Source: an uncultured Clostridia bacterium (GTDB lineage Bacteria > Bacillota > Clostridia > Christensenellales > UBA1242). Taken from it: a stretch of DNA of 64,000 nt. Shown here piece after piece: positions 39,401 through 51,400 of this stretch. The translations under genes were made by a program, and so were the position numbers. Position 1 is the stretch's first letter. Each line of letters begins with the position of its first letter. The notes under the pieces are model-generated. The model was not told the origin of the DNA and searched no databases. It saw nothing but the letters and a program-made list of their open reading frames with translations. The DNA is taken from the NCBI GenBank assembly GCA_944349765.1, contig CALVNN010000001.1:87138-151137 (forward strand). Reading direction: 5' to 3'.

Positions 39401-42400
39401 ATGACTATATGCAGTATTCAAAATATGAGGGTGCACCTGTAGTCGGTAGAGTAGAGGACCTAAGTATTAGTGTAAATATTAATGTGGACTGTTCTGATAT
39501 TGAGCAATTAAGAAATAATGCTGAATTTAACGTGTATGTAGGTGCATTAGCAGGCTCCTATGTGGTACATAATTCGTATAATCAAGCACTATTAAACGGC
39601 AGTTTGACTGAGCGTTATGGTATCAAAAATGTAAGTATTATAAATAACGGATTCACATATTCCGCAGGTAAAAATAATGCTTATATAGGTGGTTTGGTAG
39701 GCTATAGCAATGGTCTTATTGAATACACTACTAAAGCTATAGGTTTTAGCGGTCAAACAATAGTGATAAATGACAGGATAGAATATCCTACTTTAGGGAC
39801 ATCAGATACTCATATTTACCATCCTAAATACTCATTGGGTGGCTTAGTAGGTGAAAATGCTGGTGTTGTAAAAGGTATTTATACTAACGAAATCAATACA
39901 GATAATGAAATAGAATATTTGACACTTTTTGAGAGCGAAGGTGTGACTGTTACTGCTGATATTTGCGGTAATATAGGCTTAGTAAATAATAAAGATAATA
40001 TTAAATCTATTAATAGCAAAGTAGGTGGCGTAGTAGGCGTAAGCAGAGGTATCCTTGAGGGCTTAGCGTCTGAAAATACCGTTAATGGCTTGAATAATGT
40101 GGGCGGTATAGTCGGATACAACACGGGTATCATCAAGAATTGTTTATCCGCTAGTAAAGTCAATGGTAACGAAAATGTCGGAGGCTTGGCTGGTTATAGT
40201 AGTGGTAGTGTCGTAAGAAGCGTGTTTGAAGTGTATGAGACTACTTCTTTGACCGCGAACGATATTGCTGTAAGTGGTTTTAAGTATGTGGGTGGATTGA
40301 TTGGTTACTTGGAAGATGCTAACTTGCAATATTGCTATACTATGTCATATGTTACCGAAATTGATGGGTACTATGATATCACAGTTAACGGCGATGGCGA
40401 AAATATTGGTGGCCTTGTAGGCTATGCTACTGGCAGTGGAATTACTCAATGTTATTCAAACTTAAATATAAATGCTAGTGAAGTACAAGATAACGGTGTT
40501 GTTGGTACCTTGGTAGGTAATGGTAGTGGATATAGTGTATCTTATAGTAATACTAACAATATTATAGCTACATATTCGAATGCTGGGATTACGGCTATTC
40601 CAGGTTATGCAAATGGTGGTAATATCACAAATAGCTATTTCTATGTGGGTGAGGGCTACTCAATCAATGGTAATACTTCTGCTAACTCTATAGCTGATGT
40701 GTTAAATGCAATTGATAGTGCGTTGGTGTACTTTTTAAGTGATGGTAATTTAAGGTACATTGGTACTGCAAGTGATACAGAGGGTGTATTGAGTCAATAT
40801 CCTTTAGTACCAAAATTGCCTACAAGTATAACTGCAAAAATTAAAGATTCAAATAATATACTAAGTCATCAGGTTGAAGTAAATGGCGTAAAAGAAGATG
40901 TTTTAATTCTTCAATTTTACGATGCAATAAATCCTAATGACCAAAGTAAATTGACTTTAAGTAATCAGGTAACAATTGGTGATTACCTAGACGTTAGCGT
41001 TAGTCCTAATGAGGGTAGAACTACAAGAATTAATGTAGTCAGTGGTAATGAAAATGTTTTGAGAGTGTCAAGTGATGGTACTTTAAGAATACTATCTACT
41101 GGTTATGTAAGCCTAACGCTTTCTAACAAGGTTAAAGAATCTGTAAGGACAGTTGTTCATATTTATATAGTAAATTCAATTACTGACTTTACTTTGTATT
41201 CATCTATCAATACAGATGAAGGTGCAGATGACCTTAATGGCACGCCAAATAACCCGAAATTATTAAGACTAAAGAAAGATAGTAATCAAATCATTGTACC
41301 AGTATTTAGTGGTTATACAACTTCAAATGATGGTACTGAAATAATAGCAACAAAAGTTGATGAGAATATTGGCGTAAGATATACTTACACAAAAGACAAC
41401 GGTTATTATAATTATGATGTCGCTGGTGCTACAATGGGTGATGACTACATTGACATTGATCAGCGTTTCCAAACTATCTTAAAGGCTCTTGCCAAGACTA
41501 ATGAGAATATTGTAATAACAGCTACGCCTTATGTGTATTTAACTAATATAGGTGGTACTGTATTAAATAATGAAAAAGTATTACTTGACGAATTGTCTGC
41601 TACCTTTGAGCTACAAGTTTATGTTGGTGCTACAAATATGGAATTTGATGGTAGTGTTGAGGCCGAGATCTATTCAGGAACTACTACCGAAGTAGCTGTC
41701 GTAGTTACTACAGATAATTATGAGGATGTACCAAGTCTAACCATAACCGATAGTACAAATACTGTAGTATACGCACAAAACATAAAAGGCGATACTTTTG
41801 ATGTAGAGGGCTTGACTCCAACAGTATACTATATGACCGTTGGATCTTCTGAGTGGATATTGGAAGATCTGAATGATACTACTCTTGCAGAGTTCTATGC
41901 GGATAAAGATTTGTATGCTAAGAAATTTGTCTATAATGTTTCATTGACTTTGCCAAGCAAATTTATTAGTCAAAATACTAGTTATACATTAAGTTTTGGA
42001 GTACAAAGCAATAATCAATTAGGACTTGAATATCCTATAACCTTTATGCCAGAGAGTATACACGATATGTATGTACAGACCTATGCCTATGGTGAGGTGG
42101 ATTATTTCACAGGTCAATACAATCCTAGTGAAGAAAGTGCATTGACAATAGTCCCTGGTGTTAATGGATTAATTGAGATAGATATCAATCCTATTTATAG
42201 TGATTATGATACTATTTTAATTCAAAGTGATGATATTAGATTTGAGCAATTAATTAAGAAAAATATAACAAATTCTAATGAATATCCATATGTTTTACCA
42301 GGTGATAGATTGTACCTCACAGATGGTATAACTATGGTTAAGCAGTACTTTGATAGTAATAATAATATTGTTTGGGGTACAAATGGTAAATACTATGCTA

Positions 42401-45400
42401 GTATGGCTCTAAAAGATAGTGCAGAAGATGGTGAAGAGTTTGAAATTAGGATAACTGTAGTAAAGAATACTTCTAGTGGACAACAAATATTACAACAAAC
42501 TACCTTAACCCTAGTTGCTCAAAATCCTCCAGGTGTAAGTATAAATATTGATGGTCAAGACGGTATGGTGGCGGATTTGTATTTGCCAGTTGGTACTCAA
42601 AACGATATGAATGTCAGCTTGAAAGATTTTGATGGTGCAAATATTGAATGGACTTATACCAACTTAGATACTGGTATGCCATATACAGGACTAGAAGTTG
42701 TTCAAAATGGTGACAGTTATAGCTTGAATATTTCAAGAAATGCTTTAAGTGGTGATTATGTAGAGATTACAGCTAGTGCAACCAAATCTATTGGTGGAGC
42801 TACTAGGACTACTAGTGACTCAATAAGAGTCATTATGGTGGATTATGTAATCAGAGATATTGGATTTGAAGGTGTATATAATTCAGAGCTTAGAGAAGTG
42901 TTTGGAGGCGAATATCCACTATCTTTATCTTTTGAAAACTCTATGTTTTATTACGACACAACAAATCCAGCCATAGAGCAAGCTATACGAGATCAATTAG
43001 CTAGACTTAGTAGCACAGACTATAACACTTGGTACGCTTACCGTTCTGGTACAAATGGTGTGGACGTAGCAATAACTAATTATTATAGCAATAATTATTA
43101 CAGAGCGTATACACTATCCGAAACGGATAAGCAATTATACGTTACGGGTAATTACTACGACGATTTAATTAGTAATCAAAAGAGGATATCTGCGACGTTA
43201 ATGTATTATTTTGATAGGACTCAAAGAAGTTATGTATTTGCTAGAAATGGTATGGAAAATATTGCTACTAGAACAGAAGATACCATACATGATTTGTATA
43301 CAGGCTCAAGAATATTAAATGGTAGAGTGTATAATGTTATCAATCGTGTATTTGATTTATCATTCTATTTGAGTACTAGTCGTGAAAATGCAATTCCAGT
43401 GTACAATGCAAACGATCTATTAAATATGGAAGATGATTGCAACTATATATTAATGAATAATATAGTGGTTGATAGCTTCTCGCCTATACAAGCTGATATT
43501 GCGTCTTTAAATGGTAATAATTATACTATTACTCTAAGATCTTATATAGATGATACTGAAAATAGAGCAGGTGAAAAGAATATTGGTTTGTTTGAGACCA
43601 TAAGTGAAAATTGTATAATTGAAAATCTAAAATTAGTTATTGACACTTCGAAATTATACATTGATGCCGAAGGCTACGATACCGTAACTTTTGGTACACT
43701 TGCTGCTGTGAATGAAGGTAAGATATACAATTGTAGTGTAGAATACATTACTAGTAGTACGCCAAGTTCTGCGATTGTTGATACCGTAATTAGCGGTAGA
43801 CAAGTAAATATGAGTTATGATTATAGTACAATGGCAGTCTTAAGTAATGATGGTGAAGATTCTACAGGTTCAATGGTAAGTGCTAATGCAAGGGGTATAG
43901 TTGTGCAAACCACACTAACTCAAATAGATGGTGCTTTTGTGACCACTGTGATAGGCGGACTCGTTGGCGACAACAGCGGTTATATAGTAAACTGTACTAC
44001 AGATGTAGCAATACATGGATATGGCACTATGGGTGGTATGGTAGGTATTAATAATAATACCATTGCAAGTAGTAAAGTTTTAGGTACATTAAATAGTTAT
44101 ACCTTAGTAAATTCATTAAGTAATATTGGTGGTTTTGTAGGTATTAATAATGGTAGGATAAACCTTTGTTATGTAGAAGGTGACTACAATTTAAGCTCAG
44201 GGAATGCGGGTAGTGTTCCTGTCGAAATTAATGCATCATGTTATGTTGGCGGGTTTGTTTGCTTAAATAGTGAAAGCGGTGTGATTAATAATGCTTATGC
44301 TAATATTAAGATAATTTCACAAGATACTACAGCTGGATTCGTTTATAACAATCAAGGCTCGATATCTAACGCCTACTCAACTTCAATTGTGAGAGAAAAT
44401 TCGCTCAAAGCTATGGCGTTTGTTGGTGTGGATGACTTGAATAATATAAATAACAGTGGTACATTGGATTATTGTTATTTCTTAAGAGGTAATTATACTA
44501 ATCAAACATTGCAACCAGTAAATATGATTGATAATGCAAGCGATTTTACCGATGTCAATACATTTACGAACTTTGCCTTTGATGTGAATACCGATGGAAC
44601 GCTAATTAAGGATAGTACTAGCTCAGTTTGGTCTATTCAAAATGGTAAGCCAACTATAAATAGTGCTAACAGAGTAGTAAAAGGTTATGTGACCTTAATA
44701 AGTCAAGGTGGAGAAAATGGTCAAATAGTTTATAATTACAGTGCGTTAAAAGGTGCTACACTTGGTAGTGCTGACCATCCATATGTAATATATACGCCTG
44801 AAGATTTTAATAATTTCATAAGTGAAGTCGGTACTAATAATAACAAATATTACGTATTAGCTAGTGATATCACCTTTGAAGAAACCTCAATGATGGCTAC
44901 TACCTATAAGGTAAATTTCCATGGCGTATTTGAAGGAAATGGTATGGTTATTTACAATTTAAGGCTTAGTACAAAGTATCAAGATTTTGCTAATGCTAAT
45001 AGTATGGGTATTTTTGCTAGCATTTCTGGTAGAGAGACTTCTAGTGGTGAGCTAGAGAGAGCTATTGTACGTAACTTAGATATTTATTTAGGCGAAGTCT
45101 ATGGTACAAATCTATATACCACTGGTGCTTTAGCTGGTACTATTCAAAATGCTATGATAAATAATATCAATATATATAGCAACGGCGATGAGACCGTAAT
45201 GGTACAAGGGCGTAATGCTACTGGTGTTATAGCTGGCGTAATTAAAAATAGTATAGTGTCAGATATTTATATAGATGCTGGTGCCAATGCAGGTTATAGA
45301 CAGGATGTTGCAAGCTTATACTTAGATGCTTCTACAGATGTGTCTAATGACTATCCAAAACCAATAGAGTCGGGGAGATTAGCAAGTGTAAGCTATGCTG

Positions 45401-48400
45401 GTGCTTTGGCGGGAATAATTACTGGTGATTCGTACGTAAAAGGTGTTACTCTTGGCGAAAATGCAAAAGTTGTGGCAGATCTAGCTGGCGGGGCAGTAGG
45501 CTTGATAGATAAAGAAGTTACCTGCGAGTATATAACCGCTGAAGTTACAGCTAATAATTCTATTAAATACACTACAATTGCTGGTGGATTAGTCGCTGAA
45601 AATAGAGGTACTTTAAATGGTGCCGTGTTAACGTACCCAGATGAAGTGATGGCGACAGAGCAAGAAGGTGTATTGAATGAAACTGCTAATAACAATTACT
45701 TCAATCCAACAATTACCGATGATGACATTATCATTAGTAAGGGTATTACTGTCGGTGGTTTAGTCGGATTCAATAATGGCGGAAATATATACAATAGCTA
45801 CACTAATGTCAGCATTGTTGGCAAAGTATTAGTTGCTGGTGGATTAGTAGGACGTTCTATGAGCGGTAACATAGAATCTTGCTATTCAGCTAGCTCTATT
45901 GATGTGGGCATTACTGGTATTAACTCTGATAGTGAAAATACTTACGTTTACACTATCGTCGGTGGCTTAATTGGACTTGTTAGTGATGGTGCTTATAACA
46001 TTTTTGATAATTCTGAGGGCATTATTGATAGATTTGTCGATGATAGTACTAAAAAATTAAAACTAAACAATGTAATGGCAGTAAACAACTGGCTAATTAG
46101 TAGAAACTATTATAATCCAGTTAGAACTAATGAAAATGGTGGATATTATCTAAACTTTATTCAAGGTGGTTTGATTGGTGTAGTTAGTGATGAGAGCTAT
46201 GTAACCTCTACATTTAGTTCGTATAACTACTACAATAATGGTATTTATGCGGTTAATTCTCCTAGTGTGGGTTCCGAAAGGTATATACTTACTGAGACGG
46301 GCTTTGTAGGTGGATTGTCAAAAGAAGGTTCACAGGAATTTGACTATTTTCCTGAAAGACTTGCAGTGTATGATAACAAGATCAATATTTCAGCAGATAA
46401 GACGCGTTTGGAATTAAATAAATCAAATCCTATGGAAAGAATGCTTATGATTAGCGAGGGTGAAAAGGTAGTAGATGAAGAAACCGGAACTGTAACTTAT
46501 GTACCTTTTGAGACTGCTAACGGGATATTATACGGTGAAAGAAGTTATGTCGCAGCTATGTTTATCTATACTTCGTTTGAATTTACTGACATGGATGCTA
46601 AATATCCTACTTTAGTGGGCGTGCCTGATAATGTATTAAAACTTGAAAATTTAGCCCCTACCAATGATAATGGTCAAATGCAAATCTCTACCGATAGACA
46701 ATTAAAAAGAGTAAGAGATTTGATTAATACATCAACATTTAGCAATGATGTATATAGTACTAACATTGCGGGTGAAAATTATCTCAAGTCTGGTGGTATG
46801 AATCTAGTATTAGCGAATAGTATTGCGTTAACTGAAGAAAACTTCACTCCAATAGGTAGTAATACTAATCCATTTGTAGGTACTTTTGATGGCGATGGCT
46901 ATGTGATCAATAATTTGAGGACTAGCAATCATGCTTATACAGGTTTCTTTGGAGTAATTAAAGATTCTACAATCACGGATTTAGGCCTTGCTGAAGATTG
47001 CGTAATAAGGGCTACAAATTCAAATGTTGTAACAGGTATGATAGGCAAAGCAGTTGGTGATTGTACTATAAGCAAGGTATATAGCCGTGCTACTTATGAG
47101 GTCTCTACTAGTGGTACATTCGCTGCGCTTATTGGTGCAAGTGAAAATAATCCTAATGAAAAGAATACATTAAGAATTGAAAATAGTTACACAAATTTTG
47201 AGTTTGTAAGCTCATATAATGGTGAGACGACAATGAATGGTCTTTTGGGCAATTCTAAAGTAAATACAATTATTAATAATGTTTATACTGTCGCTACACT
47301 AAATTATTCCTCAAACGCAAATATACAAAGCGATTACAATGGTTTTGTCGGTACAAGTAACAATGTTTATCTTTATAGTTCATGGATGAGAGCTACAGCG
47401 GTATCTGGCAAAAATAAGAGTATAGATGTAAATGTTTTAGGTGATGTAAATTATCCTAATAAAGTATACTATTACGTAGATTCAGTGCCTTATGTACAAC
47501 AAATTATGTCACAAGGTGCTAGATCTATAAGCAATACAATAGAGTTTATGAGTCAATCATTCTATATGATTGAAAACAACTGGAATAATAGTTATCTATG
47601 GGATTTTAGCAACACTTGGATAATAGAAGAAGAATATCACACATATCCTGTTTTGGGCGAAAGCGAATATGATTCTAATTATTACGAAGGTATAGGTCGA
47701 TATGATCCTTATACTGGTTGGTATTATATAGAAAAAGAAGAACATATTCAAAATTTAGCTAAGTTAATCAACGATGGTACCATTAGAAGTGGCGCTAGTG
47801 GCTTGACGTTTGTGCTATTTAATGACCTTAAGGTCAGCTTAAGTGAGCCTATAGGTGATTACGCTAATGCCTTTAGAGGGACTTTCTATGGGTTTGGTCA
47901 TACATTGACTGTAACATGGGATAATACAACTGTAAATGCTGATAGCACTACGGCTTATGGATTATTTGGACGTATGGAAAATGCTATTTTGAATAATCTA
48001 AATATTAAGTACACTAATGGCATCACGCTCAATATGTCCAATGGTGCTACAGGTTATCTAGGTGGTGTAGCAGGACTTGCACGTTACGGTATGATAGATA
48101 GAGTTACTGTAGATATGCCAAATACATTTACTCTTAATGCTTCTAATTCTTATAGTTACCTCGGTGGTATTGTAGGACAAACAGATAATGAGCAGATTAC
48201 ACGTTGCTATGTAACAGCAAATCTAGCGGGCTCAGACACTGATTCTGATTATCAGTTACGTATGGGTGGCTTGGCAGGCTATGTTAAGTCTCAAAATATA
48301 TCTATAGTAAATAATATGGTTAATATAGACGCGCAAATTAACTCTGTAGTAAATAATATATCTGATACTTACTCAGGCTTACTATTTGGGCAAATCCGTA

Positions 48401-51400
48401 GAGTGGACTATGTGAGTATGATTGAATACAATTATTACGATAGAGAAGCTGATAGTAATGTGATAAATGCAACGAATCAAGGTTCATTATCTGGTACTAA
48501 TAGGACAAGTTCTGGAGTGGGTAATTTCACTTACAACAATTCAAGTATATGGGATATCAATAACTACTCATGGCTTGAAGGATCAGAAGATGACGAGTTG
48601 AAATTTGAAATACAATCTATTACTTTTGATATGTATAATCTATACTCAGAAGAGGATCCAAAATCTACTACCGAAGTTGACAAATTGATAAATAGTGCTA
48701 GTTGTAGGGTGGATTATACAGGTAGTGCATTGATAGCTCCAACCTTTGAGGTCGTATACTCTACCCCTGATCCAGATAATAGTGAAAGTAATCAAGATTA
48801 CGTATATAAAGCTAATACTTTATTAAACTATTATGTTGTAGATAAGACAAAAGAAACTAAGGATGGTATTACCTATGCTAAGAATTTAGCTGGAGAGGGT
48901 ATATATGTCCTAAGTGTCGATACAAGTATGGTTACTATAGAGATACCAGATATAATTGAGCTATCTTTTGGTACGTATGATGAAGTATCACTAAAGAAGG
49001 ATTCCTTCACTAATGGAAGTATGGGTAGTGATACTAGCAAGATCAACAATTATGCTAGAACTATCATATTGGGCCGCAGTGTGGTAGATATTCCGACAGG
49101 TGAATCTAATCCATTCCAATATGTAAGTAATTTAAGTACACTAAGGGTGTCTTCAAATAATAGTTACTATAGCAGTGCTATAAATGGTATTAACTATAAT
49201 ATGATTTATAGTCTAAGAGATAGCACTACCTTGATAGCTGGATGTGCAAATACCACTATCCCAGAGGGTGTTAGAAAAATAGCTGATTACGCTTTTGCTA
49301 ATTCCAATATTGGTGAGATTAACTTCCCAAGCAGTTTAACTCAAATAGGTAATTATGCATTCTACAATTGTGCTCAGCTAACAAATATCAATAAAGACGA
49401 TCAATGTAATTTGACTAGTATAGGCAATAGTGCCTTTGAAGGATGCAGTAGCTTGACAAGCTTTGATTTGGGACAAGATCTAGAAAGTATAGGTTCTTAT
49501 GCTTTTGCTAATACTACTCAAATAACAGCATTTGTCATTCCAGCCTCTGTAGAGAGTATAGGTGCGAATGCATTCTTAGGAAGTGCTTGGCAAAATAGTC
49601 AGACAACAAATAGTACTACACCTTACTATATCTTAAACAATTGGATAGTAGGTACTAATGCAAGTAATGCAGCTGCCACTAAAGAGAAATTGGATTTGTC
49701 TAGTTTGAATATAATTGGTATAGCTGATCAAGGTTTGGCTAATTTAAGTCAGGTGACTGAGATTATATTCCCAGCTGGTAGTTCAAATGGTATCAAATAT
49801 ATAGGCGAAGGTGTATTGCTTGGCGCTAACTCATTAAAGTCTTTGACTATTCCTTATTTAGGTAGTACACCTCGTTTAGGTGATAACATAGGTTATGTAT
49901 TTGGTAATACTGACTTTATTTGGGCAGGCGTGCCAGCTTCACTTAAGTATATTAATGTCTTAGAGGGGACAATAGTTGAGAGTGCTTTTGAAGGACTAAC
50001 TATAAATACATTAAACACTGGTGATGCTAGTATAGAACATGGTGCTCTATTTGGCATAACTTTCACTAGTATGGATGAAGCTAAGCCTAGCTTAACTATG
50101 ATGATGGATAATAGTAACGATTATCTAGGTAATGCCTTCGGTTTGGAAGAAGGCGAGAGTATGGACTTCACAATCTTTGCTAGCATTACATTGACTGGTA
50201 CTTTAAGAAGTGGCGCTATTATAAGAGAATACATAATGACAGGTGTTGAACTTAATATTATAGCAACTATCAGTAATGGTGCTATCGTAAATGAGACAAT
50301 TAATGATTTGTCTATTACAGTTAATGATGATTGCCATATAAATCAAGGTGCTATATCAAATTCTATTATTAATAACGTCGAAATAAATGATAGTAGCTCA
50401 AATCATAATTCTACCAAGATAGCTGAAGGTGCGTTTGATAATGTTACATTTGATAATGTTACGCTACCTTATTTGGGCGGTAGTCTTAATGCTACTAATG
50501 CAACATTTAATTACTTCACAGAGACATCAAATCTAAGCAATTCTATAGTACATATACTTAACGGAAATATTACGGCAAATGCATTCAGTGGATGGTATAT
50601 AGAAGAACTTATCGTAGATTATGGTGTGACGCTAAGTGCTCAATGTTATAATGACTTGGATGTTATAAAATTAACAACTCCAGTTATTGATGAAAATACA
50701 ACATTAGCTACACTATTTGAAGGCGGTAACGTATCTCCATATCTAAACTTCTTAACATTTGCCGATGGTAGCTATATTGTGAATAATTATTTCTTAGGTG
50801 ATGATAAAGAGGTTAAAGCTGTAGGATGTAATATAATTGGTCTTGAAGTGCCATCTACTGTATCATATTCTGGTGATGAACTACTTTACATTCCATCTCT
50901 GTCGAAAATAGTATATGTTAAGGATACAAATTCAAAAGCTTTAAATAGATATACAAATAAAGCAGGAGCAACAATAATTACCACAGACACAGGCGAGCTA
51001 CCTGTACAACGTGTAGATAAGTACTTAGTATATAAAAAGGATGGCAAAAATTATCTAATAGGCGCCTATGGTAAGCATACCGACTTAAGTGATTGTGCTC
51101 AAGTACTGAAGGCTAATGGTATAGAAAAAATTACCGGAGTGTATAAATTCGCATTCAAGCTTAATGAGGAATTAACAGCAATAACATTACCAGAAGAGAT
51201 AACAACTGTCGATTATATGGCATTTGACGGGTGTAGGGAATTAACTACTATTAATGCTGATACGACTTTCAAAGTGCCACTAATAAAGGGAATAGGCGAT
51301 TATGGTTTTTCAAGTACATACGTATTATCTAATGTTGATTTAAGTGAGCTTACGTCAATAGGGAAATACGCATTTTACTATTCTGGAATCGTTCAAGCCA

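Noticed and set aside
21389-45695. Antisense and out-of-frame ORFs inside the giant genes. These are 21389-21745, 21502-21696, 21742-21942, 23485-23733, 24535-24855, 25609-25860, 26476-26736, 27401-27775, 29967-30152, 32275-32457, 33361-33543, 35113-35322, 35425-35688, 37545-37754, 38934-39134, 39879-40163, 40144-40329 and 45393-45695.
   Set aside because: They are short, lack RBSs and have low-complexity translations that mirror the sense-strand Gly, Thr, Val and Asn codons. They lie entirely within far longer ORFs that carry recognisable domains.
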